NCBI GenBank assembly: GCA_026004495.1 | Contig: BPJG01000001.1 | Coordinates: forward strand, 432,527 to 496,526 | DNA length: 64,000 bases | Source: Candidatus Parcubacteria bacterium | GTDB lineage: Bacteria > Patescibacteriota > Minisyncoccia > UBA6257 > HR35 | Reading direction: 5' to 3' | Shown here: in pieces, positions 53,753 to 62,596 of the stretch | Layout of the letters: each line of letters opens with the position of its first letter | Numbering within the stretch: position 1 is the stretch's first letter | The notes under the pieces: model-generated | The model's database searches: none | Seen by the model: the letters and a program-made list of their open reading frames with translations, nothing else | Told to the model about the DNA's origin: nothing | Position numbers and translations under genes: made by a program

Positions 53753-54350
53753 TATTTTTTATTAAAATTATATAGAAATTATTTTCTAAATCAATTTTAT
53801 AACTACTATTTGAGGTTGAATAATAGATAATTGGTTCACCATAAGGAGCAGTAAATATAACTGAAGTTGTATTGAAATCTATATATGCTGATGAAGTAGC
53901 TATCTTTATATTGTCTACGAAAGATAAATCTCTAGTATCTTCTGTATTTAAGGTTGTTATATAGTTGTCGTTTTGTGAAATATAAAATGAAGGAGTATAA
54001 ATAGCAAAATTAAAAACCTCAGGTGAAGTGGATGAAATATCTAAACAATTAACCACTGTTGAAGTTGAAGAAGTTGCATAAAGGACTTTAAAATATTTTT
54101 TATTTTCTCTTGAAATAACTAATCCCGAACCGCAGATTGTTGAAGTAGTATTATTTAAAACAAATTCACCACTTTCCATAGCTATTCTTAGAGTTTGTTT
54201 TAGGTCTTGATTTAATAAAAATATATTTTCTTGAAATTTACGGAAAATTTTATTAATTCCACTGATAGATACAGTTATACCTAAAATTATCGTAGTGATT
54301 AAAAGAATTATTGTTGATTCTAATAAAGTAAAGGCTTTATTATTCTTCAT
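53700..54350 (-). CDS. Minor pilin (FimU/FimT-like)
   Basis: NKA|FTLLESTIILLI; C-terminal ITISKAGKI. Confidence 0.78.
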   Translation of the reverse strand: MKNNKAFTLLESTIILLITTIILGITVSISGINKIFRKFQENIFLLNQDLKQTLRIAMESGEFVLNNTTSTICGSGLVISRENKKYFKVLYATSSTSTVVNCLDISSTSPEVFNFAIYTPSFYISQNDNYITTLNTEDTRDLSFVDNIKIATSSAYIDFNTTSVIFTAPYGEPIIYYSTSNSSYKIDLENNFYIILIKNNETATITISKAGKISSE

Positions 54351-54357
54351 ATTAAAT

Positions 54358-54377
54358 ATTATATCACAAGATGTGAT
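54358..54377. promoter_or_regulatory. Extended -10 (minus strand TG-A-TATAAT) overlapping an ATCACA-N3-TGTGAT palindrome
   Basis: Minus-strand TATAAT at 54363-54358, 7 nt from the ATG at 54350; inverted repeat at 54363-54377. Confidence 0.55.
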
Positions 54378-54435
54378 TTATAATATAAATTAAATAATTT
54401 GAAAAATAAGATATATTTTAAATTTAAATAATAAA

Positions 54436-55320
54436 ATGCTTTATATTTTAGTAGGAAAAGATTCATTTTTTATTAAAGAAAAAATAAAGGAAATTAGTAA
54501 AAATAATTATCATCTAATTTCTTTAAAAAAAGATAAAGATTATTTAATTCAGATCGATAATCTTATTAATAAGAGGTTATTTGATCATAATCCTCATATT
54601 GTTCTTATAGATGTTGATAAAATTGAAATGAACGATTATTTAATTTCTAAATTTAAGATTGGAAATTTTATTTTAGTTTTTAGTGCCAAATCTCAAATTT
54701 TTATCAAAAAAATTAAATCATTGTCTATTCCTTATCAAATTATTGAAATTGAAAAAACAAATTTTAAAAACGAAAGAGCTTTTTATTATCACCTTAAAAA
54801 TTATTTAAAAAATAAAAATATCGAACTATCTGATAGAATTATTTTTTCTTTAGTAAAAATTTTTTTAAATAATCACGCTTTACTTTTTAATGAATTAAAA
54901 AAAATTGAATTTACTAAACTTAATCAGGAAGAATTTTTAGATATAATTAGATGGCCCAATGAATCTACTATTTTTTTCTTAACCAATGATTTAATAGAAA
55001 AAAATTATAGCGATTTTATTTTAAGATTAAAAAGAGAACTACACTTAGGTTCATCTTTTAACAATATTTTAAGTTTAATTTATAAAACACTTATTAGGAT
55101 TTACTTGCTTAAAAATGTTAAAAATCTTAAACAAGAAAACCTTTTAGGGCTTAAACCTTATTATAAAGAAATTTTAAAAAAACAAGCTAATAAAATTTCT
55201 GAGGGTGAAATTTTAAAATTAATCAAATTTATAAGTGAAATTGATAGAAAGTACAAAAAATTTTTAATCGATGAAAACCAAGCTGTCTATTTATTAGCTG
55301 AATTTTTAAAATTAAAATAA
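54436..55320 (+). CDS. holA: DNA polymerase III delta subunit (divergent)
   Basis: MLYILVGKDSF, NELKK, IFFLTNDL, ISEIDRKYK; typical length. Confidence 0.72.
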   Translation: MLYILVGKDSFFIKEKIKEISKNNYHLISLKKDKDYLIQIDNLINKRLFDHNPHIVLIDVDKIEMNDYLISKFKIGNFILVFSAKSQIFIKKIKSLSIPYQIIEIEKTNFKNERAFYYHLKNYLKNKNIELSDRIIFSLVKIFLNNHALLFNELKKIEFTKLNQEEFLDIIRWPNESTIFFLTNDLIEKNYSDFILRLKRELHLGSSFNNILSLIYKTLIRIYLLKNVKNLKQENLLGLKPYYKEILKKQANKISEGEILKLIKFISEIDRKYKKFLIDENQAVYLLAEFLKLK

Positions 55321-55511
55321 ATTTCTAAATTTTTATCTAAATCTTTTAACAGAGAATTAATCTCTTCTTCATTATTATTAGCAGAAATAGGTTGATTAAA
55401 AATATTTTTAATTTGATTAAAATTTTTTATAAAAAGAAAAGTAAAGAAAGAAATAATAAATATAATTGTAGCTATATTAAATATAATAAAAAATAAATTG
55501 CTCTTTTTCAT
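55287..55511 (-). CDS. Small bitopic hypothetical protein
   Basis: 74 aa, one TM; ATGA-coupled to the upstream gene. Confidence 0.5.
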   Translation of the reverse strand: MKKSNLFFIIFNIATIIFIISFFTFLFIKNFNQIKNIFNQPISANNNEEEINSLLKDLDKNLEIYFNFKNSANK

Positions 55512-55975
55512 TTTATTTTAATTTCTAAATTTAAATTATTATTTTCAATTCTGCCTCGAAAATAATCAATACCTACTTCATTTTCTTGAAGAAACTTAAT
55601 AAACTTTAAAAAATTTTGAACTTTATCATTAAAAATTAAAATAGAGTTTTCGGAAATTTCTGAGATATTTATTTTAGTTGTTGAAACAAATTCTAAAATA
55701 GATTTATTGTCTAATTTTTTTTGAGACAATTCTTCGTTTAGTTTATTCAAATTAGTATTATATTTTTTTTCAACTTGATTGACAAAATTTTGAATTTTAA
55801 CAAAGTTTTGATAATTATTTAACCTTATTTCTTTTTCAATATTAAGATTGTTAATCTCTTGGGCTAAATTTAATATTTTTTTAGTTAGATAATTAGCTGA
55901 ATAAAATATTATTATATATATTAGTATAAATAAAAATAGATTTAGTATTAATTTTTTTATATTATTTTGTGTCAT
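55508..55975 (-). CDS. Bitopic coiled-coil protein (PilO-like architecture)
   Basis: TM, coiled coil, NFLKFIKFLQE helix. Family uncertain. Confidence 0.5.
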   Translation of the reverse strand: MTQNNIKKLILNLFLFILIYIIIFYSANYLTKKILNLAQEINNLNIEKEIRLNNYQNFVKIQNFVNQVEKKYNTNLNKLNEELSQKKLDNKSILEFVSTTKINISEISENSILIFNDKVQNFLKFIKFLQENEVGIDYFRGRIENNNLNLEIKIK

Positions 55976-55986
55976 TTAAATATAAA

Positions 55987-57894
55987 TTATAAATTATTTT
56001 TTTCTTCTTCTAAAAATAAAAGTAATTCCTCCTTAGTTATTTCTTTTTCCTTACTATTGAATTCTTCTAGCGGTGTTTTTATTAATTCTTTTATAATAGG
56101 TCGGGGTTGTAAATTATATTTTTTATTAAATTCTATTTGATATTTTCGTCTTCTTTCTGTTTCTTCAATTGCTTCTTTCATAGATTTAGTTATTTTATTA
56201 GCATACAATATAACCCTACCATTAATATTGCGAGAAGCTCTGCCAATCGCTTGAATTAGTGTTGTTGAATTTCTCAAAAAACCCTCTTTATCGGCATCTA
56301 AAATGCAAACCAATGAAACTTCTGGCAAATCAAGTCCTTCTCTTAATAAATTAACGCCTATAAGAATATCTATTTTCCCCTCTCGTAAATTTCTAATAAT
56401 TTCTGGTCTTTTTAAGGTTTTAATATCAGAATGAATGTAATGAACTTTTAAATCGTAATTACTTAAAAATTCTGTTAAGTTTTCAGCGGACTTTTTAGTT
56501 GCAGTTAAAATTATAATTCTCCCTTTGTTGTTAATATTTTTTTCAATTTCTCTTAACATATCCACTATTTGATTATCACTGGATCTAATTTCAATAATCG
56601 GATCTGGGATAAACGTTGGTCTAATCAATTGTTCTACTATTTGAGATGAATTTTTCTTTTCAAAATGACTAGGCGTAGCTGAAACAAAAATAATTTGAAA
56701 ATTTTTAGAAAAAAATTCTTCAAAAGTTAATGGTCGATGATCTATAGCTGAAGGTAAGCGCCAGCCATATTCAACTAAAACCTCTTTTCTTTTACGATCT
56801 CCTCGAGCCATAGCTTTAATTTGGGGAATAGTTAAATGAGATTCATCAATAAAAATTATTGTTTCTTGAGGAAGATAGTCTAAAATAGTATAAGGTGGTT
56901 CACCGGGTTGTTTAAAGTTCAAATGTCTTTCATAATTTTCTATTCCCTGACAATAGCCTTTAGTAGTCAACATTTCAATATCACTTAATATTCTTCTTTT
57001 TAATCTTTCAGCTTCAATTATTCTATTTTCTTTAAGTAATTGCCAATATCTTTCATCAAGTTCTTGTCTAATATTATTAATAGCTAAAGTTAATTTTTCA
57101 TTGTCAGTTATAAAGAGTTTAGCTGGATAAATTTTTATTTTATCTAAATCTTCTTCACTATTTCTGTTAATTATCAATTTAAGTCGATAATCAAATTTTT
57201 TTAAAACTTCATACCTTTTTATTTGTTTAACAAAATTTTTTTCTAAGATAATAACAAAAAAATCATTAGCATTTGATGATACAATTTCTATTTGTTTTAA
57301 ATTTCTTTTAATATTAAATATTTTAAAGGCTCCAGCCTTTATTTCATTATTCAATTTGTTGTATTGAAGAACCTTTAAAGAACTAATTAAATTTCTAATA
57401 TTTAAATATTGATTAATTTTTATTTCAATACCTACTTTTTCATAATCTTCAGGATTAGTTATTCCATAAAGACAAGAAACTGAAGAAATAATTATAAAAT
57501 CTTGATGATTTAAAATAGCCTGGATAGCACTATGTCTTAATTGGTCTAAATATTCATTAATTCTAGCATCTTTGGCTATATAGGTATCGCTTTCAGGTAA
57601 ATAAGCTTCAGGTTGATAATAATCATAATAACTAACAAAATAATGAATTTGATTAATTGGGAAAAATGTTTTAAATTCCTGATAAAGTTGAGCAGCTAAC
57701 ATTTTATTGGGACAAACAATGAAAGCAGGTCTTTTTGTTTTTTCTATTACCCAAGCCATTGTTGCTGTTTTGCCACTGCCGGTAACACCCAATAAAGTTT
57801 GATAACTATAGCCTTTATTTAATCCAGAAATTAGCTTTTTAATTGCCTGGGGTTGATCTCCAGTTGGTTTTATATTTTGAAAAAATCTAAACAT
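55987..57894 (-). CDS. uvrB: Excinuclease ABC subunit B
   Basis: PTGDQPQAI, LLGVTGSGKT, YYDYYQPEAY, DESH, NLLREGLDLPEV, IQAIGRASRN. Confidence 0.96.
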   Translation of the reverse strand: MFRFFQNIKPTGDQPQAIKKLISGLNKGYSYQTLLGVTGSGKTATMAWVIEKTKRPAFIVCPNKMLAAQLYQEFKTFFPINQIHYFVSYYDYYQPEAYLPESDTYIAKDARINEYLDQLRHSAIQAILNHQDFIIISSVSCLYGITNPEDYEKVGIEIKINQYLNIRNLISSLKVLQYNKLNNEIKAGAFKIFNIKRNLKQIEIVSSNANDFFVIILEKNFVKQIKRYEVLKKFDYRLKLIINRNSEEDLDKIKIYPAKLFITDNEKLTLAINNIRQELDERYWQLLKENRIIEAERLKRRILSDIEMLTTKGYCQGIENYERHLNFKQPGEPPYTILDYLPQETIIFIDESHLTIPQIKAMARGDRKRKEVLVEYGWRLPSAIDHRPLTFEEFFSKNFQIIFVSATPSHFEKKNSSQIVEQLIRPTFIPDPIIEIRSSDNQIVDMLREIEKNINNKGRIIILTATKKSAENLTEFLSNYDLKVHYIHSDIKTLKRPEIIRNLREGKIDILIGVNLLREGLDLPEVSLVCILDADKEGFLRNSTTLIQAIGRASRNINGRVILYANKITKSMKEAIEETERRRKYQIEFNKKYNLQPRPIIKELIKTPLEEFNSKEKEITKEELLLFLEEEKNNL

Positions 57895-57994
57895 ACTTTG
57901 CTTAAATTAAGAATAAATTTGACAAAGATAAATTTATATCTTTTTAAATTAATTATAAATTAAAAAAAATAAAATTTTTAAAATGAAATAAAAA

Positions 57995-58023
57995 TTGACA
58001 AAAAATAGTTAGATTATTATAAT
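57995..58023 (+). promoter_or_regulatory. sigma70 promoter for the tRNA-Ile operon
   Basis: Perfect TTGACA (57995-58000), 17 bp, TATAAT (58018-58023). Confidence 0.8.
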
Positions 58024-58126
58024 TTATATTGAATAAATATTGAGATAATTTATGTTTCAAATTTTTTATTTAAATTTTGAATAGAATTATTTTATATATC
58101 TTAGGGCTTATTTTTTTTAAATTTAT

Positions 58127-58198
58127 GGGTACGTAGCTCAGTGGTAGAGCGCGTCTCTGATAAAGACGAGGTCGTAGGTTCGATCCCTACCGTACCCA
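58127..58198 (+). tRNA. tRNA-Ile (GAT), CCA not encoded
   Basis: Acceptor stem GGGTACG/CGTACCC, D arm GCTC/GAGC, anticodon arm CGTCT-CTGATAA-AGACG, T arm GTAGG-TTCGATC-CCTAC. Confidence 0.96.
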
Positions 58199-58202
58199 CA
58201 AA

Positions 58203-59438
58203 CTGAAATACATTTTCAAATTTATAAAAGAAAAACTTGGTCCAGGAATTATCACCGGTGCGAGCGATGATGATCCCTCAGGGATTGTAACTTATTTAAT
58301 TTCTGGTGCTAAGGGTGGTTTAGATTTTTTATGGACACCAATATTTACTTTGCCATTGATGTATTATATTCAAGAAACTTGCGCTCGGATTGCTTTAGCA
58401 ACAAAAAAAGGATTAATTTTTCTTATTAAAAATTTATATGGATTCAAAGTTTCTTTTTTTATATCTATATTGATGTTTTTAGCTGCCACCTTTAATTTAG
58501 CAGCAGATATTAATGCTATCTCAATGCTTTTTAATTATCTTTTCCCTTATATACCTTTTCCGATATATTCTTTATTAATATCAATTGTGATGTGCTTAAT
58601 AATAATAATTCTTCCCTATAAAAAATTTAGTAATTTTATTAAATTTTTAGCTATTTTTTTATTTGCTTATATTGGTTTAATTTTTGTTATTCAAGTTGAT
58701 TGGATGGAGGTTTTTAAAAATATTATTTTACCTGAATTTAAGATAAATAGAGAATGGTTATTAATTTTTATTGCTATTTTAGGAACAACCATTTCTCCTT
58801 ATTTATTTTTTTGGCAAGAGGAAGAAGAATTAGAAGAAATTGAGGATAACAAAAATTCAAATAATAATCCTCCAAATTTAAATATTATTAGAATTGATAC
58901 CTTTTTGGGAATGTTTATTTCTAATTTAATTATGTTTTTTATTATTTTATCATCGGGATTAATTTTGCATCCATTGGAAATTTATAATATAGAAAAAATT
59001 GATGATTTAATAAGAGTTTTTGAACCATTAGTAGGTAAATATGCTTTTTTATTATTTTCCTTAGGTATTATTAGCAGTGGTTTAATAATTATTCCCGTTT
59101 TAGCCGGAACTTGTGGTTACATTTTAGCTGAATTATTTGATAAACCTGCCACTTTAAATAAAAAATTTAATGAAGCAATTTATTTTTATTTTTTTATGAT
59201 TTTTTCTATTTTATTATCTAATACTTTTAATTTTTTAGGCCTGTCACCTATTAAATTATTGTTTTATACAGCTGTTATTTATGGAATTTTATCCCCTCTT
59301 TTGATTTTTTTTATTTTAAAAATTAGTAATAATGAAGATTTGATGGGTGAATATAAAAATAAATTTATTAGCAATCTATTCTTGTATTTTAATTTAATTA
59401 TTATGTTAATCGTTTTAGTATTTTATTTAATTCTATAA
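58203..59438 (+). CDS. Nramp-family divalent cation transporter (NRMT-like clade); probable non-canonical start
   Basis: The frame of track ORF 58350 extends upstream through KLGPGIITGASDDDPSGIVTY (TM1 motif); TM6 reads GTTISPYLFFW. CTG at 58203 is the proposed start. Confidence 0.85.
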   Translation: MKYIFKFIKEKLGPGIITGASDDDPSGIVTYLISGAKGGLDFLWTPIFTLPLMYYIQETCARIALATKKGLIFLIKNLYGFKVSFFISILMFLAATFNLAADINAISMLFNYLFPYIPFPIYSLLISIVMCLIIIILPYKKFSNFIKFLAIFLFAYIGLIFVIQVDWMEVFKNIILPEFKINREWLLIFIAILGTTISPYLFFWQEEEELEEIEDNKNSNNNPPNLNIIRIDTFLGMFISNLIMFFIILSSGLILHPLEIYNIEKIDDLIRVFEPLVGKYAFLLFSLGIISSGLIIIPVLAGTCGYILAELFDKPATLNKKFNEAIYFYFFMIFSILLSNTFNFLGLSPIKLLFYTAVIYGILSPLLIFFILKISNNEDLMGEYKNKFISNLFLYFNLIIMLIVLVFYLIL

Positions 59439-59441
59439 AAT

Positions 59442-60041
59442 ATGATAAAGGTAATTTTTTTAATAGGTAAGCCAGCTTGCGGAAAAGATACTCAAGCAGA
59501 TTTATTAGCTGAAAAATTTAATTTAAAGAAAATTACAACTAGTAAAGAATTAGAATATTTTTTAAGTCATTATAAAAAAAAATATTTTAAGATAGGAAAT
59601 ATTAAAATAAATCTTAAGAAGCAATTAATAAATAAGAATAAAGGAAAATTAGTTTCTTATCGATTAATTTCTTTCTTGGTTAATAAATTAATAAAGGAAA
59701 ATATCAAAAATGGAAATTCAATTATTTTTGCTGGTTCTCCACGAAGTCGATATGAGGCTAAAAATGCTATTAAACTTTTAAAAAAACTTAATGTTGATTA
59801 TTATTTCATCTATTTAAAAATAAGAGATAAAACAGCTATTAAAAGAATGTTAATAAGATCAAAAATAGAAAAAAGAGCTGATGATAATTTAAAAACAATT
59901 AGATTACGATTAAAATTATTTAAAAATGAAATTATGCCAATGATTAATTATTTAAAATCAAAAAAAAATTTAAATATAGTCAATGGAGAAGGTTCTATTA
60001 AACAAGTTAATAAGAGATTAATTAATATTATTAAAAAATAA
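59442..60041 (+). CDS. adk: Adenylate kinase (short LID)
   Basis: GKPACGKDTQA, GKLV, GSPRS, RADD..IRLRL; upstream of map. Confidence 0.85.
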   Translation: MIKVIFLIGKPACGKDTQADLLAEKFNLKKITTSKELEYFLSHYKKKYFKIGNIKINLKKQLINKNKGKLVSYRLISFLVNKLIKENIKNGNSIIFAGSPRSRYEAKNAIKLLKKLNVDYYFIYLKIRDKTAIKRMLIRSKIEKRADDNLKTIRLRLKLFKNEIMPMINYLKSKKNLNIVNGEGSIKQVNKRLINIIKK

Positions 60042-60048
60042 TTAAAAA

Positions 60049-60816
60049 ATGGATTTCGAAAAAAAAATAGAAATTATGAAAGAAGGTGGAGATATTTTAA
60101 AAAAAATATTTGTTGAATTGATTAATTATATTAAACCTGGAATTGACACTTTAAGTTTAGATAATAAGGCTGAAAAGCTTTTTAAGTTATTTAAAGTAAA
60201 AAGTGCTTTTAAGAACTATAAACCCGATTTTTCAGACTTACCTTATCCAGCTAATATTTGCGTATCTTTAAATGAAATAATAGTTCATGGTATTCCCAGT
60301 AAAGAAGTAATTATTAAAGAAGGCGATTTAGTAAAATTAGATATAGGGATTGTTTATAAAGATTTATTTTTAGATAGCGCTTTAACGATTACTGTTGGAA
60401 GTGTAGATCGTATTTATAAAAAATTAGTTCAAGCAACAAAAATGGCTTTAATTAAGGCTATTAAGGTTGCTTGTGAAGGTTATAATATAGGTGATATTGG
60501 TTATCAAATTGAAAAAACAATTAGTGAGTATAATTTCAAGGTTATTAAAAATCTTTGTGGTCATGATATTGGAGAATATTTACATGGCAATCTTCAAATA
60601 TTAAATTTTGGCAAACCAAAAACCGGCAAAAAGATAATTAGGGGAGACATATTTACTATTGAACCAATGGCTAGCATTTCTTCCGATTTGGGTGTTAGTA
60701 TAAATGATTTTGAATTTAAAACAAATGATAATTCATGGGCTAGTCATTTTGAGGTAACTTTGGCAGTTTTAGGCAGTGATAATATAGTATTAACTGATAT
60801 TTTAAATTTGGTTTAA
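60049..60816 (+). CDS. map: Methionine aminopeptidase type I
   Basis: CVSLNEIIVHGIP, GDLVKLDIG, DSALT, GHDIG..H, TIEPM, SHFEVT. Confidence 0.93.
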   Translation: MDFEKKIEIMKEGGDILKKIFVELINYIKPGIDTLSLDNKAEKLFKLFKVKSAFKNYKPDFSDLPYPANICVSLNEIIVHGIPSKEVIIKEGDLVKLDIGIVYKDLFLDSALTITVGSVDRIYKKLVQATKMALIKAIKVACEGYNIGDIGYQIEKTISEYNFKVIKNLCGHDIGEYLHGNLQILNFGKPKTGKKIIRGDIFTIEPMASISSDLGVSINDFEFKTNDNSWASHFEVTLAVLGSDNIVLTDILNLV

Positions 60817-60838
60817 AAATATATTAAAATTTTAAAAA

Positions 60839-62596
60839 ATGGATAAATTTTTGGTTGAAGTAAGTTGGGAAGTTGCTAACCAGGTTGGAGGAATATATAC
60901 TGTTCTAAAAGAAAAGTCTAAATATATTAATGATTATTTTAAGGGAAATTATTTTGTAATTGGACCTTATATGCCGCATAGAAGTAGTTTAGAATTTTCT
61001 AAGCTTGAAACACCTAAAAATTTTTTAGATATCATTAATGAATGTAAAAAAATAGGATTTGATGTCTATTTCGGAGAATGGTTAATTGATTCTAGGCCTA
61101 AATGCTTTTTAATTGATTTTCAGATATATTTAAATAATATTAACTCTTTAAAATATGAATTATGGGCTAAGTATAGAATAGACAGTTTAAGAACTGGAGA
61201 TGACTATAATTATCCTCTTGCTTGGAGTAAGGCAGTTAATGTTTTTTTAAAATTTTTTAGTGAGAAATTCCCAGCTATTCCTAAAATATTACACTTGCAT
61301 GAATGGTTAGCAGGTTCTGTAATTTTATTTGATAAACTTCCCTTTGTTTCAATTTTTACTACTCATGCTACTTCTTTAGGGAGAACTTTATCAGAAAGTA
61401 GTTTTAATTTTTGGGATTCTTTAGATTCGACAAACTTTAATCAGGAAGCAACAAAATATGGTATCGAAGCTAAGCATATGATTGAAGTGACTGTAGCCAA
61501 GAATGCTGATTTTTTTACCACTGTTAGTAATATTTTAGCTCTTGAAACAGAATTTATATTAGGTAGAAAACCAGATTTTGTTTTACCAAACGGTATTAAT
61601 TTAGATAAATTTCCAACTGTTGAAGAAATAAGTTTTGCCCATAAGAAGAATAGAGATACCATAAAAGACTTCTTTTTATACTTTTTTTCTCCTTATTATC
61701 GTTTAGAAACAAAAAATAGTTTAATATATTTTATTAGTGGCAGACAAGAGATTAGAAATAAAGGAATAGATATATTTATTAGATCTTTAGTAGAGTTAAA
61801 TAAAAAGTTAAAAGAAGATGATCCCAATATTTTTGTTTTAATTTTAGTTCCGACTGAAGTTAAAGATATTGATCCTGTTTTATTAAATAATTTAAATGTT
61901 TATCGTAATTTAGAGGAAAAAATTGAAGATTTATTACCAGAAGTAAAAAGTAGATTAATTCATTATTTTATTCACAAAGAAAGAATTGTTTCTCAAACTT
62001 TATTTGAGAAAGAAGATTTTTTAGAAATTCAAAGGATGGTTAAGAGATTAAAGGTTAATAATTATTATCCTATCTCTACTCATATTTTACCTGAAGATAA
62101 TCCTATTATAAATTTAATTAAAAATATAGGTTTAATTAATTTACCCTTAAATAAAGTTAAAGTAATTTATTATCCTACTTATATTAGAAGAGGTGATGGT
62201 TTAATAAATTTAAATTATGATGAATTAGTAGTAGGGTCTCATGTGGGTATCTTTCCTTCATTGTATGAGCCTTGGGGTTATACCCCCCTAGAGACAATAG
62301 CAAGTGGTGTTATAACTATTACTACTGATCTAACTGGATTTAGTGATTACATTTCTCGTTACGTTCAATTTAATAAAGATTATCCTGGTTTATATATTTT
62401 AAAAAGGAAAGGAAGAAGAGATGTTGATATTGTTGAAGATTTAAGTAATATTATGTTAGGAATAGCTAAGCTAAATAAAAACGCTCGAGTTGAAAATAAA
62501 ATAGAAGCTCGGAAAATTGCTAAATTATGCTCCTGGGAAAAATTAATTTCTAATTATTTTAATTTGTATAATATAGCCCTAAATAAAAAATTATAA
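60839..62596 (+). CDS. GT3-family glycogen synthase
   Basis: EVSWEVANQVGGIYTVL, HEWLAG, FTTHATSLGR, NKGID, PSLYEPWGYTPLE. Confidence 0.9.
   Translation: MDKFLVEVSWEVANQVGGIYTVLKEKSKYINDYFKGNYFVIGPYMPHRSSLEFSKLETPKNFLDIINECKKIGFDVYFGEWLIDSRPKCFLIDFQIYLNNINSLKYELWAKYRIDSLRTGDDYNYPLAWSKAVNVFLKFFSEKFPAIPKILHLHEWLAGSVILFDKLPFVSIFTTHATSLGRTLSESSFNFWDSLDSTNFNQEATKYGIEAKHMIEVTVAKNADFFTTVSNILALETEFILGRKPDFVLPNGINLDKFPTVEEISFAHKKNRDTIKDFFLYFFSPYYRLETKNSLIYFISGRQEIRNKGIDIFIRSLVELNKKLKEDDPNIFVLILVPTEVKDIDPVLLNNLNVYRNLEEKIEDLLPEVKSRLIHYFIHKERIVSQTLFEKEDFLEIQRMVKRLKVNNYYPISTHILPEDNPIINLIKNIGLINLPLNKVKVIYYPTYIRRGDGLINLNYDELVVGSHVGIFPSLYEPWGYTPLETIASGVITITTDLTGFSDYISRYVQFNKDYPGLYILKRKGRRDVDIVEDLSNIMLGIAKLNKNARVENKIEARKIAKLCSWEKLISNYFNLYNIALNKKL

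Noticed and set aside
58127-58198. tRNA-Ile as a prophage or island attachment site
   Set aside because: No duplicated tRNA 3' end and no integrase seen in the window.
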